In this document: piece by piece, positions 1-11,485 of the stretch
Numbering within the stretch: position 1 is the first letter of the stretch
How the letters are laid out: each line of letters opens with the position of its first letter
NCBI GenBank assembly: GCA_945874765.1
Contig: CAMCHQ010000009.1
Location: 6,186-70,185, forward strand
DNA length: 64,000 nucleotides
From: an uncultured Clostridia bacterium
Lineage (GTDB): Bacteria; Bacillota; Clostridia; Oscillospirales; Acutalibacteraceae
Direction of reading: 5' to 3'
Notes under the pieces: generated by a model
What the model was told of the DNA's origin: nothing
Seen by the model: only the letters and a program-made list of their open reading frames with translations
The model's database searches: none
Position numbers and translations under genes: made by a program

Positions 1-301
1 ACTTCATTTGATTTTGCAGCCGATGACGCACCCTGAAATTGCAAGAAAATATCTTTATGATAATGGGTTTGAGATTAATAATGATATTATTGTAGCAGAC
101 GGCAAACATTCTTATAGCGTATTTGACGCAAATTATACAGGAAAAATCGTTACGAAAACTTTGAAAGATTATTTTCTCGGTAATATTACCGACTTTTCAA
201 ATAAAGAATACTTTTTGCATCTTTTAAATTATCTTAATAATAAATCAAAATCAGGTGCCGATTTAAGCGATGTTATTTCGGCAGTGGAGGAAATCTTATG
301 A
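1..301 (+). CDS. trmK: tRNA (adenine22-N1)-methyltransferase TrmK, C-terminal fragment (5' end lies left of the window)
   Basis: The reading frame is open to the left edge. The C-terminal sequence and the conserved trmK-nif3 pairing (4-nt overlap with the next gene) fit TrmK. Confidence 0.55.
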   Translation, partial: LHLILQPMTHPEIARKYLYDNGFEINNDIIVADGKHSYSVFDANYTGKIVTKTLKDYFLGNITDFSNKEYFLHLLNYLNNKSKSGADLSDVISAVEEIL

Positions 302-1044
302 CTTTGGTCAAGGATATATATAACTACATAAATTCTATTGCCCCTTACAGTGAAATGGAAGAATGGGACAATTCCGGCTTTATATTGGGTGATGAAGAAA
401 AAACTGTTTCAACCGTTGTTATGGCACTTGACGGTACTAAGGCCGCCGCCGATTATGCCAAAAGCGTTGAAGCGGACCTTTTATTAACTCATCATCCTAT
501 TATTTTTAATCCCGTAAAGAAAATTATTAAAGGCTCGGCAGTATACGAACTTATCAATAACGATATCGCAGCAATGTGTGCTCATACTTCATTTGACAAA
601 GCTTTGGGTGGGATTAACGACAACCTTGCCTTTTTGCTCGGTTTGAAAAATACAAGAAAACTTGAAAACGGTTATGTTGTTGTCGGTGAACTTGACAGGG
701 AAATGAGTATTGACGATTTTGCCGTTTTGGTCGGTGAAACTCTTGATTGCCACGGACTCAGATATACTGACACTGATAAAATGATAAAAACAGTTGCAGT
801 CGGTGGCGGTGCGTGCGGTGAATTTATAAATGACGCAATGCAAAATGCGGATTGTTTTGTTACAAGCGATTTGAAGTATCACGAAATGCTCGATGCTTCG
901 GAAAACGGATTTGCGGTAATTAACGCAGGTCACTTTGAAACGGAAAACGCACCGTTTCTTATGCTTAAAGAAAAATTGGAAAAAGAATTTGAAGAGGTTG
1001 AATTTATAATTGCGCCTGTTTCAAATCCTGTGTTGGAAATATAA
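298..1044 (+). CDS. Nif3-family dinuclear metal centre protein (YqfO-like, short form)
   Basis: GGAGG RBS. Motifs WDNSGF..G and LLLTHHPIIF, plus a C-terminal AGHFETE, are typical of NIF3. Confidence 0.8.
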   Translation: MTLVKDIYNYINSIAPYSEMEEWDNSGFILGDEEKTVSTVVMALDGTKAAADYAKSVEADLLLTHHPIIFNPVKKIIKGSAVYELINNDIAAMCAHTSFDKALGGINDNLAFLLGLKNTRKLENGYVVVGELDREMSIDDFAVLVGETLDCHGLRYTDTDKMIKTVAVGGGACGEFINDAMQNADCFVTSDLKYHEMLDASENGFAVINAGHFETENAPFLMLKEKLEKEFEEVEFIIAPVSNPVLEI

Positions 1045-1046
1045 TT

Positions 1047-2723
1047 ATGGCACTTGACGGAATTTTTTTAAACCATTTAAAAAACGAAATATCGGATTTT
1101 GCGCTTGACAGCAGAGTTGATAAGGTTTATCAGCCGTCCAAGGATGAAATAGTTATTAATCTTCGTTCAAGGCAGGGAAGTAAAAAACTTCTTTTATCCT
1201 GCAATGCCGATGCTGCCCGTATTCATTTTACCGAGTTTCCGCCGGAAAATCCTTCTAAGCCTCCTATGTTCTGCCTTTTACTCAGAAAAAGGCTTACAGG
1301 TGCTTGGGTTACGGAAATTGAGCAGGATAATTTGGAACGAATATTGAAAATCAATTTTTCCGGTACTGACGAACTCGGCGATAAAACGAATTATTCACTT
1401 ATTATTGAAATAATGGGTAAATATTCTAATATTATTTTTATTGATAAAGACGGAAAAATTATTGACTCTATGAAACGTGTTGATGAAAATAAGTCGCATA
1501 TAAGGGAAGTTTTACCGGGTGTGACATATGTTGCACCGCCTAAGCAGGATAAACTTAATATATTTACCGATGATATTGAGAAAATAAGGAAAAAAATTGC
1601 CGACAGTCGCAAAGGAATGTATAAGGCTGTTATGGAAACAGTTAAGGGCGTTTCTCCTATTATTTGCCGTGAGTTTGAATACGGTTTAACTCTTGATGAA
1701 TTTAAAAAACAAGCACAAAACCCTATTCCTACGGTTGTTTTTACGGATACGCCTAAGGATTTTGCATTTATTGATATTAAGCAATACGACGACCTTGCAA
1801 CCATAAAACATTACGATACGTTTTCTCAGCTTCTTGATTATTTCTATTATGAACGTGTAAGATTAATGCGAATTAAAGCGAGAAGTGCGGATTTGTTTAA
1901 AACCGTTACTACTTTGCAGGAAAGAGCAGTCAGAAAGGCAATTAACAGAAAACAGGAACTTGATGATTGCAGGGATAAGGAAACATATAAACTTTTCGGC
2001 GATTTGATTTCCGCTAATTTATACCGCCTTGAAAAGGGTGCGCCTTATTACGATTTAGAAAATTATTACAATAATAATAAAATTATTCGTATTCCTGCCG
2101 ACGTGACGCTTACTCCGTCGCAAAATTCGCAAAAATATTATAAAGAATATCGCAAAAAGCAGGTTGCCGAAAGTAAGCTTAATGAATTTATAAAGGAAGC
2201 TAATGAAGAGGCAGAATATTTTGAAAGTGTAATAGATTCGCTTTCAAGAGCCGAAACAGACAGCGAAATTACCGCCATTAAGTCGGAACTTGCTTCTCAA
2301 GGATATATAAAAAAGGTGAATGACAGAAAAAAAGAGCAAAAGGCTTTAAAGCCAATGCACTTTAAAACCCGTGACGGCTTTGATGTGTATGTCGGCAGAA
2401 ATAATATAATGAACGATAAACTTACCATGAAAACGGCTAAGAATTACGATACTTGGTTTCACGTTCAGTCAGCCGCAGGAAGCCACGTTATTTGTGAAAC
2501 CTCAGGCAAGCAAATAAGTGACGAGGCTATTCACGATTGCGCAGTTATTGCCGCTTATTTCAGCAAGGCGAGAGAATCTTCAAATGTTGCCGTTGATTAT
2601 ACTTTAGTTAAAAATATACGCAAACCAAACGGCGCTAAACCGGGATTTGTCGTTTATGACCCGTACAAAACCGAATTTGCAACACCTACTATTGACGAAG
2701 TGGAGAGCCTGAAAGATGAATAA
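1047..2723 (+). CDS. rqcH: Ribosome quality-control protein RqcH (NFACT / FbpA family)
   Basis: NFACT-N start (MALDGIFL..L...L...RVDKVYQP.KDE). C-terminal NFACT-R/DUF814 block (DGFDVYVGRNN..ND.LT...A...D.WFH......GSHVI). 558 aa, similar to Bacillus RqcH. Confidence 0.8.
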   Translation: MALDGIFLNHLKNEISDFALDSRVDKVYQPSKDEIVINLRSRQGSKKLLLSCNADAARIHFTEFPPENPSKPPMFCLLLRKRLTGAWVTEIEQDNLERILKINFSGTDELGDKTNYSLIIEIMGKYSNIIFIDKDGKIIDSMKRVDENKSHIREVLPGVTYVAPPKQDKLNIFTDDIEKIRKKIADSRKGMYKAVMETVKGVSPIICREFEYGLTLDEFKKQAQNPIPTVVFTDTPKDFAFIDIKQYDDLATIKHYDTFSQLLDYFYYERVRLMRIKARSADLFKTVTTLQERAVRKAINRKQELDDCRDKETYKLFGDLISANLYRLEKGAPYYDLENYYNNNKIIRIPADVTLTPSQNSQKYYKEYRKKQVAESKLNEFIKEANEEAEYFESVIDSLSRAETDSEITAIKSELASQGYIKKVNDRKKEQKALKPMHFKTRDGFDVYVGRNNIMNDKLTMKTAKNYDTWFHVQSAAGSHVICETSGKQISDEAIHDCAVIAAYFSKARESSNVAVDYTLVKNIRKPNGAKPGFVVYDPYKTEFATPTIDEVESLKDE

Positions 2724-3393
2724 TACAGCAATTATTTTAGCGGCAGGTAACGGAACAAGAATGAAAGCGGATAAAAGCAAACTTCTTCTTGAAATTAATA
2801 ATATGACCGTTATTGAACGCACTGTTAAAACTTTTTCCGATATAAATGATATAGATGATATTATTGTTGTTGTAAGAGAAAGCGATATTCCTTTATTTAA
2901 AGATGTGCTTTCAAAATATAATGTTACTTATTGTATCGGCGGAAGCTCACGTCAGGAAAGTGTTTCAAATGCAGTGAAAACAATTGAAAACTGCGATATG
3001 CTTATCATTCACGACGGCGCCCGTCCGCTTGTTAGTGCAAAAGAAATTGTTGATACATTAACTGCGGCAAAGAAATACGGTGCGGCGGCTGTCGGTGTTC
3101 CTGTTAAAGATACAATTAAGGTTGTTGACAGGAATAATAAAATAATCGATACTCCGAATCGTTCAAGTCTTATTGCTATTCAAACTCCCCAGATATTTAA
3201 ATTTGATAAATATGTATCTGCTATGAAATTGGCAATGAAACAGGGAAAAGATTTTACCGATGACTGCAAATTGCTTGAAAATATGGGCGAGGACGTTTAT
3301 GTTGTAATAGGGGAGTATTCTAATATTAAAATAACAACTCCAGAAGATATACCGACTGCGGTTTCTATACTTAATTCAAGAGGTGAAATTTAA
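2716..3393 (+). CDS. ispD: 2-C-methyl-D-erythritol 4-phosphate cytidylyltransferase
   Basis: N-terminal [12 protein letters not shown] nucleotidyltransferase loop, IHDGARP motif, and coupling to ispF. Confidence 0.9.
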   Translation: MNNTAIILAAGNGTRMKADKSKLLLEINNMTVIERTVKTFSDINDIDDIIVVVRESDIPLFKDVLSKYNVTYCIGGSSRQESVSNAVKTIENCDMLIIHDGARPLVSAKEIVDTLTAAKKYGAAAVGVPVKDTIKVVDRNNKIIDTPNRSSLIAIQTPQIFKFDKYVSAMKLAMKQGKDFTDDCKLLENMGEDVYVVIGEYSNIKITTPEDIPTAVSILNSRGEI

Positions 3394-3866
3394 TGAGAAT
3401 AGGTCACGGATATGATGTTCATAAGCTTGTTAAGGAGAGAAAATGTATTATCGGCGGTGTTGATATACCGAGCGAACTCGGTCTTTTAGGTCACAGTGAT
3501 GCCGATGTTTTGCTCCATGCAATTTCCGATGCAATTTTAGGCGCTGCGGCTATGGGCGATATCGGTCATCTTTTCCCCGATACCGACGATAAGTGGAAAG
3601 GTGCAGACAGTTTAAAACTTCTTGAAGAGGTTGTAAGGCAAGTATCATTAAAAGGTTATAAAATAATTAATATTGATTCTACTATTCTTGCGCAAACTCC
3701 TAAAATGGCACCTTATATAGAACAAATGAGAAAAAATATTGCCAAGGTTTGTAATATTGATTTTGATTTTGTATCGGTTAAGGCGACTACGGAAGAGGGT
3801 TTGGGATTTACCGGCGCAAAGGAAGGTATAGCTGCTCACGCTGTATGCTTGATTGAGAATAATTAG
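3393..3866 (+). CDS. ispF: 2-C-methyl-D-erythritol 2,4-cyclodiphosphate synthase
   Basis: [12 protein letters not shown]..., [17 protein letters not shown], 157 aa. The ATG overlaps the ispD stop codon. Confidence 0.95.
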   Translation: MRIGHGYDVHKLVKERKCIIGGVDIPSELGLLGHSDADVLLHAISDAILGAAAMGDIGHLFPDTDDKWKGADSLKLLEEVVRQVSLKGYKIINIDSTILAQTPKMAPYIEQMRKNIAKVCNIDFDFVSVKATTEEGLGFTGAKEGIAAHAVCLIENN

Positions 3867-3880
3867 AATAAAAATTTTGT

Positions 3881-3908
3881 AGAGGCGAACACTGTTCGCC
3901 TCTTTTTT
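3881..3908 (+). terminator. Rho-independent terminator after ispF
   Basis: agaggcgaac / gttcgcctct 10-bp stem followed by a T-run. Confidence 0.75.
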
Positions 3909-3946
3909 ATGCCCAAAACCCTTGATTTTATGCAGATTTTAACGAA

Positions 3947-4039
3947 GGTCAAAAAAAGTCAAAAAATTTTTAAAAAAACTCTTGACTTTCTCTGACCTTT
4001 GTGCTACTATAATGACAGAAGGTCAAAGAAAGTCAAAGA
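3947..4039 (+). promoter_or_regulatory. Three CtsR operators bracketing and overlapping the ctsR-clpC promoter
   Basis: GGTCAAAaaaAGTCAAA at 3947-3963 and GGTCAAAgaaAGTCAAA at 4021-4037 are perfect direct heptad repeats. An inverted copy at 3981-3997 (reverse complement GGTCAGAgaaAGTCAAG) overlaps a TTGACT (3982-3987). A TATAAT lies at 4008-4013. Confidence 0.85.
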
Positions 4040-4116
4040 CAAACACAGATTAGTGAGATTTAAAGAGTGTGTAAAATGTCAGGCTTATGACCAAACTAAA
4101 AGGAAGTGATTGGAAA

Positions 4117-4566
4117 ATGAAGCTGAGTGATGCGATAGCAGATATGATTCTTAATATGTTTGATGATAACACATCAACAATCCAAATTCAGCGTAACGAT
4201 TTGGCACAACAGCTCGGCTGTGTTCCAAGTCAAATAAATTATGTGATTACATCACGTTTTACGCCTGAACAGGGTTACAGAATTGAATCAAGGCGTGGCG
4301 GCGGAGGATACATTATGATTACCCGTGCCGCAACAAAAGAAAATGCATTAATGTCGCTTGTAAACTCTATAGGTAATTCTATAGATGAAAAAAGTGCAAA
4401 GGCAAATATCTATAATTTGCATTATCAAGGTTTATTAAGCGATAAAGCCGGAAGAATTATGATGTCAGTTGTATCTGACAACAATTTTAAAGGCGTCGAA
4501 ACAGAAATTAAAAATCAAATCAGAGCAAGCTTGCTCAAACAGATGCTTTTAGCATATGTTGATTAG
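4117..4566 (+). CDS. ctsR: Class III stress-gene repressor CtsR
   Basis: The internal ATG at 4117 is preceded by AAAGGAAG. MKLSD.IA..I...F start, VPSQINYVI..RFT...GY..ES.RGGGGYI glycine-rich loop, and the operon context. Confidence 0.9.
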   Translation: MKLSDAIADMILNMFDDNTSTIQIQRNDLAQQLGCVPSQINYVITSRFTPEQGYRIESRRGGGGYIMITRAATKENALMSLVNSIGNSIDEKSAKANIYNLHYQGLLSDKAGRIMMSVVSDNNFKGVETEIKNQIRASLLKQMLLAYVD

Positions 4567-4578
4567 GAGGTATTTATT

Positions 4579-5130
4579 ATGCGTTGTCAACATTGTAATC
4601 AAAACGAAGCAACTACTTTTATTAAAAGAAATATAAACGGTCATAAAGAAGAATTACATCTTTGCAGTGAATGTGCAAGAGAACTCGGCGTTATGGATGA
4701 ATTTCGTATGCCTACAATGAGCGAAATGTTCGGCGATTCATTTCTCGGCAATTTCCTCGGCGCAGGCGTTGCGGCAATGAATTCACTTGCAGGTGTTGAC
4801 AGATGTCAAACTTGCGGTTCGTCGTTTAACGATATTGTTCAAAGCGGCAGAATGGGCTGTGCTGACTGCTACGATAGGTTTGAGGATAAACTTGAACCGT
4901 CACTCAGAAAAATTCACGGCAAGACAAAACATGTCGGTAAATTCGTTTCCTACAGTGAGGAAAATGAAGATAATAATGAAAATGTAAAAGACGAGAGCAA
5001 ACCTCAGCAAAAGAGTGAACTTGAATCTTTGCAAGAACAAATGAAAGCAGCTATCAATGAACAAAGATTTGAAGACGCTGCCGTTATCCGTGATAAAATC
5101 AAGGAAATTCAGGAGGGTAAAAATGAGTAA
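4579..5130 (+). CDS. mcsA: McsA (zinc-finger and UVR-domain activator of McsB)
   Basis: CxxC...CxxC pairs at the N-terminus and mid-protein, a C-terminal UVR motif (FEDAAVIRDKIKEI), and its position between ctsR and mcsB. Confidence 0.85.
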   Translation: MRCQHCNQNEATTFIKRNINGHKEELHLCSECARELGVMDEFRMPTMSEMFGDSFLGNFLGAGVAAMNSLAGVDRCQTCGSSFNDIVQSGRMGCADCYDRFEDKLEPSLRKIHGKTKHVGKFVSYSEENEDNNENVKDESKPQQKSELESLQEQMKAAINEQRFEDAAVIRDKIKEIQEGKNE

Positions 5131-6121
5131 GTGGTATAACGCACAGGGAAACAACAGCGATGTTGTTATGTCGTCAAAAATAAGGCTTGCAAGAAACCTT
5201 GCCGACGCACCTTTTCCCTCCAGAATGAGCAATGAAATAAGAAAATCGGTTTGTAAAAAGATTTTTGCCGCCGTTAAAAATTCTTGTGTAGCAGGAGAAT
5301 TTGACTTGATTGAACTTCAAAGCGAAAACGATTTGAAGAAAATCTCAATGGCAGAACAGGGGATTATAAGTCCTGAATTTGCTAAGCAGAGCGGCTTCGG
5401 CTCGGTCATTGTATCGAAAAACGAAGATGTATCAATAATGCTTTGCGAAGAGGACCACATAAGACTTTCTGTTTTTGCACCGGGACAAAATCTTGAAGAA
5501 GCTTATCAAAAAGCGGATAAGCTTGACGATATACTTATTGATAATCTTAAAATTGCTTTCAGCGACCGACTTGGCTTTTTAACCTCAAATCCTATGAATT
5601 TGGGAACAGGTCTTAAAGCGTCGTTAATTCTTCATTTGCCTGCAATAACGGCAAAAGGAATGATGTTATCACTTACAAATATGGTGTCTAAGCTCGGCTT
5701 TGATATAAAACCGGTATATTCCGATTCAAGCGATTTTTATGAACTTTCAAACAGGATTACACTCGGCATTACGGAAAAGAATGCAATTAATAATTTGAAC
5801 AGCATTTGCGAGCAAATTGTTAAGCAGGAAAGAGCGTTTAGACAGGAACTCATTAAGTATGAAGATTTTGAAGATAAAATTTTCAGAGCAATGGGTACAC
5901 TTAAAATGGCAAGAAAGCTTACCGCTAAAGAATTTTACAGTCTTATATCTCTTGTAAGGCTTGGAATTTCAATGGGTAGCTTTGATGAAAAATACGAAAC
6001 AGTTTCTAAGCTTCTTCACGAGGTGGGAACAGCCACCATTATGAGCGCAAGTGACGAGGGCTTAACTGTTGATGATACAGATAAAATACGTGCTCAATAC
6101 GTAAGGGAAAGCTTATCCTAA
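5123..6121 (+). CDS. mcsB: Protein arginine kinase McsB
   Basis: The start at ATG 5123 (after GGAGGG) overlaps the mcsA stop codon. ATP:guanido phosphotransferase motifs are present (CEEDHIRL, NLGTGLKAS). Confidence 0.9.
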   Translation: MSKWYNAQGNNSDVVMSSKIRLARNLADAPFPSRMSNEIRKSVCKKIFAAVKNSCVAGEFDLIELQSENDLKKISMAEQGIISPEFAKQSGFGSVIVSKNEDVSIMLCEEDHIRLSVFAPGQNLEEAYQKADKLDDILIDNLKIAFSDRLGFLTSNPMNLGTGLKASLILHLPAITAKGMMLSLTNMVSKLGFDIKPVYSDSSDFYELSNRITLGITEKNAINNLNSICEQIVKQERAFRQELIKYEDFEDKIFRAMGTLKMARKLTAKEFYSLISLVRLGISMGSFDEKYETVSKLLHEVGTATIMSASDEGLTVDDTDKIRAQYVRESLS

Positions 6122-6167
6122 GGTTTTAACCTCTCGGTAGGCTTCTACCCGAAAAGGAGGAATTACT

Positions 6168-8609
6168 ATGTATAAGTTCAGCTATTTTACACAAAGGGCT
6201 AATGAGGCGCTTAATTATGCAATTAAAGCTGCTGAGGAATTCGGTCACAATTATATCGGAAGCGAACATATTTTGCTCGGACTTCTTAAGACCGACGGCG
6301 GTGTTGCACTTAATACACTTGAAGAAAAGGGCGTTACCGCTGAAGATATAGAAAATTTAATTAAAGAATACATCGGCGAGGGTATGCAGACAAAACTTAC
6401 TCCTGACGATTTTACTCCGAGAACAAAAAGAGTTCTTGATGTTGCATTCCAATATGCAAGAAGTATGAGAAGAAGCTTTGTTGATACGGAACATTTGCTT
6501 ATGGCTGTTCTTCAGGAAAGCGATTCTTATGCAGTTAAATTCCTTAATTCTCTCGGAATTGACGAACGTCAGCTTTTTGAAGAGCTTGTAAATGAGTCAA
6601 GCAGAGAAGGTGCTGACGATAAATATTCAGGCAAAAAAGGCAAAAACGGTAAGTCTAAAACTCCAACTCTTGACGAATTCGGCAGAGATTTAACCGCTCT
6701 TGCAAAAGAGGGTAAGATTGACCCGGTTATCGGCAGAGAAAAGGAAATTGAAAGAGTTATTCAAATTCTTTCAAGACGTACCAAAAATAACCCTTGCTTA
6801 ATCGGTGAACCCGGTGTCGGCAAAACCGCTATTGCAGAGGGCTTGGCACTTAAAATCGTTAAGGGCGAAGTTCCGGAACTTTTGAGCGGCAAGAAGATTG
6901 TTGCTCTTGATTTAACTTCAATGGTTGCAGGTACTAAGTATCGTGGCGACTTTGAGGAAAGAATTAAAAAGGCTATGGACGAAGTTAAAAATGCAAAAGA
7001 TATTATTCTTTTCATTGATGAGGTTCATACACTTATGGGTGCCGGTGCCGCTGAAGGTGCTACAGACGCAGCAAATATTTTGAAGCCGTCACTTGCTCGT
7101 GGCGAGATTCAGGTAATCGGTGCTACAACAATTGACGAGTACCGTAAAAATATTGAAAAGGATGCCGCACTTGAAAGACGTTTTCAACCTGTTACGGTAG
7201 GCGAACCTACAGAAGAGGAAACAGTTGAGATTTTGAAAGGTCTTCGTGATAAATACGAGGCTCACCATAAGGTAAAGATTAGCGACGAAGCAATTGAAGA
7301 TGCAGTTAAAATGTCATCAAGATATATTGCCGACAGATTTTTACCTGATAAGGCAATTGACCTTATTGATGAGGCTGCTTCGAGAGTAAGACTTAAAGCT
7401 TATACTGCACCTGACAATATCAAGGCAATGGAAAAAGAGGTAAAATCTCTTGAAGAAGAGAAAACCTCCGCAGTTCGTTCACAAGATTTTGAACAGGCAG
7501 CAAAGCTTCGTGATAAGGAAAAGAATCTTAAAAATCTTCTTGATGAGGAAACCGAAAAGTGGAAGAACCTTTCATCTCATCAGGTTAAAGAGGTTGAAAG
7601 TGAAGATATAGCTGAGGTTGTATCTTCTTGGACAGGTATTCCTGCTACACAAATCACTAAAGAAGAGTCTGAAAAGCTTTTACACCTTGAGGACGAGCTT
7701 CATAAGAGAATTGTAGGTCAGGATAAGGCAGTTTCCGCTGTTGCACGTGCAATCAGACGTGGCAGAGCAGGACTTAAAGACCCTAAGAGACCTATCGGTT
7801 CGTTTATCTTCCTCGGTCCTACCGGTGTAGGTAAAACTGAACTTAGTAAAGCACTTGCTGAAACTATGTTCGGCGATGAGGATGCTATCATCAGACTTGA
7901 TATGAGTGAATATATGGAAAAGCACACGGTGTCTAAGCTTATCGGTTCACCTCCGGGATACGTAGGCTTTGATGAAGGCGGTCAGCTTACCGAAAAAATC
8001 AGAAGAAAACCGTATTCGGTCGTTCTTTTTGATGAGATTGAAAAAGCTCACCCTGATGTATTTAATATGCTTCTCCAAATCCTTGAAGACGGTGTATTAA
8101 CCGATTCACAGGGCAGGAAAGTAAGCTTCAAGAACGCTGTAATCATTATGACATCTAATGTCGGCGCTTCTAAGATTACCGACCCTAAGCTTGCACTTGG
8201 CTTTGAACACAAAGGCGAGGGTGAGGTTGATGAAAATGTTGATATCGAAAAGCTTGTAATGGCTGACCTTCGTGCAACATTTAAACCTGAATTCCTTAAC
8301 CGTGTTGATGATATTGTTGTATTCAAGCAACTTGAAAAAGACGATATCAAGGAAATCGCACGCCGTATGCTTAAATCTCTTGATAAGAGATGCGAGGAAA
8401 TCGGTATTGAACTTGACGTAACCGACAAGGCTATTGACGCTATTGCGGACAAGGGCTTTGATAAGGTTTACGGCGCAAGACCTTTAAGACGTGCAATCCA
8501 AACCAAGATTGAGGATAAACTCTCAGAGCTTATTCTTGAAGATAAGGTTGCAGGCAAATGCAAGGTAGATTACGATAACGACGAGTTTACCTTTGTAAAC
8601 GAGAAATAA
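6168..8609 (+). CDS. clpC: ATP-dependent Clp protease ATP-binding subunit ClpC
   Basis: Clp N-repeat, two AAA+ modules (GEPGVGKTA and GPTGVGKTE Walker A), a UVR linker, 813 aa. Confidence 0.95.
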   Translation: MYKFSYFTQRANEALNYAIKAAEEFGHNYIGSEHILLGLLKTDGGVALNTLEEKGVTAEDIENLIKEYIGEGMQTKLTPDDFTPRTKRVLDVAFQYARSMRRSFVDTEHLLMAVLQESDSYAVKFLNSLGIDERQLFEELVNESSREGADDKYSGKKGKNGKSKTPTLDEFGRDLTALAKEGKIDPVIGREKEIERVIQILSRRTKNNPCLIGEPGVGKTAIAEGLALKIVKGEVPELLSGKKIVALDLTSMVAGTKYRGDFEERIKKAMDEVKNAKDIILFIDEVHTLMGAGAAEGATDAANILKPSLARGEIQVIGATTIDEYRKNIEKDAALERRFQPVTVGEPTEEETVEILKGLRDKYEAHHKVKISDEAIEDAVKMSSRYIADRFLPDKAIDLIDEAASRVRLKAYTAPDNIKAMEKEVKSLEEEKTSAVRSQDFEQAAKLRDKEKNLKNLLDEETEKWKNLSSHQVKEVESEDIAEVVSSWTGIPATQITKEESEKLLHLEDELHKRIVGQDKAVSAVARAIRRGRAGLKDPKRPIGSFIFLGPTGVGKTELSKALAETMFGDEDAIIRLDMSEYMEKHTVSKLIGSPPGYVGFDEGGQLTEKIRRKPYSVVLFDEIEKAHPDVFNMLLQILEDGVLTDSQGRKVSFKNAVIIMTSNVGASKITDPKLALGFEHKGEGEVDENVDIEKLVMADLRATFKPEFLNRVDDIVVFKQLEKDDIKEIARRMLKSLDKRCEEIGIELDVTDKAIDAIADKGFDKVYGARPLRRAIQTKIEDKLSELILEDKVAGKCKVDYDNDEFTFVNEK

Positions 8610-8664
8610 TATAATTAAAGGCAGTGGTGCAAGTACGCATCAATGCCTTTATGTAAATATTGAC

Positions 8665-9183
8665 TTATTTTATTAACTCAAAGCAACCGTTTGGGTTATC
8701 CTTATTATATTGCTTATCAGGTGAGAATTTAAACCAAATTATATCGGAATTTTGAGTTACAACCCCGACATCGTTATTGCCGTCACCGTCGGCGTCGACT
8801 ATTTTGAGTTCCAAATTACTTACGGATATTTGGTCACTCGGCCAAGAGAGTGTGCCGATTCTTTCACCGTTATATGTATCGTAAACAGCATATCCGGTCG
8901 AATCTTCAAGCTCGGATACACAAATTGACATATCGTCATTTAACTGATAATCTCTTGAATAAGATTTTTGCTCTCTCCAACCGGTGTTTTCAAGAGCGGG
9001 GGACGCAACTGACGAATTGGACGTTATTGCGAAGTTAATTGAAAATACTATCATAACGGTTAAAACGGCGGTGCCTATAATTGAAAGTATGTACCAAAGC
9101 TGATTTTCCTTAGCTTTTGACAAAACGATGCCAATGATAATTGCAACAATCGCAATTATCCCTAAAGCAATATAAATACCCAT
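8665..9183 (-). CDS. Two-TM membrane protein with a small extracellular domain carrying a DxDxDG-type motif
   Basis: The start is moved to ATG 9183, behind an AAAGGAGA RBS. Two hydrophobic helices are followed by ...KIVDADGDGNNDVGVV... (an FG-GAP/calcium-loop-like motif). Confidence 0.5.
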   Translation of the reverse strand: MGIYIALGIIAIVAIIIGIVLSKAKENQLWYILSIIGTAVLTVMIVFSINFAITSNSSVASPALENTGWREQKSYSRDYQLNDDMSICVSELEDSTGYAVYDTYNGERIGTLSWPSDQISVSNLELKIVDADGDGNNDVGVVTQNSDIIWFKFSPDKQYNKDNPNGCFELIK

Positions 9184-9380
9184 ATTACATTCTCCTTTTA
9201 TAAAACAAAACCCGAAATTATTATACATAAATTTGCAAATAAATGCAAGTTTTATGCATAATGTGTATATTTTTGAAATTTAATCAATCATAATCTATCT
9301 GTAATTAATATATGATTTTAGACATAAATGTTTATATAAGTATTTAATTAAAATAAAATCTTAAAAATTTGTTAACGCCA

Positions 9381-9408
9381 TTGACAAATGGAAAAAAAAT
9401 GCTACAAT
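9381..9408 (+). promoter_or_regulatory. Sigma-A type promoter of groESL
   Basis: TTGACA (9381-9386), 16-nt spacer, TGcTACAAT (9400-9408). Confidence 0.7.
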
Positions 9409-9416
9409 AGTATTTG

Positions 9417-9443
9417 TTAGCACTCGAGAGTAAAGAGTGCTAA
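9417..9443 (+). promoter_or_regulatory. CIRCE element (HrcA operator)
   Basis: TTAGCACTC-N9-GAGTGCTAA, a perfect match to the CIRCE consensus, immediately downstream of the promoter. Confidence 0.92.
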
Positions 9444-9454
9444 ATCGTTTGTAA

Positions 9455-11404
<1,950 letters not shown>

Positions 11405-11422
11405 TAAATAATTATTATACGT

Positions 11423-11451
11423 TTGACAAATCGGGAATATGCCCTTATAAT
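11423..11451 (+). promoter_or_regulatory. Consensus sigma-A promoter embedded in the groEL terminator
   Basis: TTGACA (11423-11428), exactly 17 nt, TATAAT (11446-11451). The -10 box is the loop of the terminator hairpin. Confidence 0.55.
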
Positions 11452-11469
11452 TAGGGCATATTCTTTTTT
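11435..11469 (+). terminator. groEL rho-independent terminator
   Basis: gaatatgccct / agggcatattc 11-bp stem followed by TTTTTT. Confidence 0.85.
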
Positions 11470-11485
11470 ATATGAAGGTAATAAA

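Noticed and set aside
11423-11485. The longer 547-aa form of the FN3 protein ORF, starting at TTG 11423.
   Set aside because: It would include the groEL terminator hairpin. The signal peptide begins at ATG 11486.
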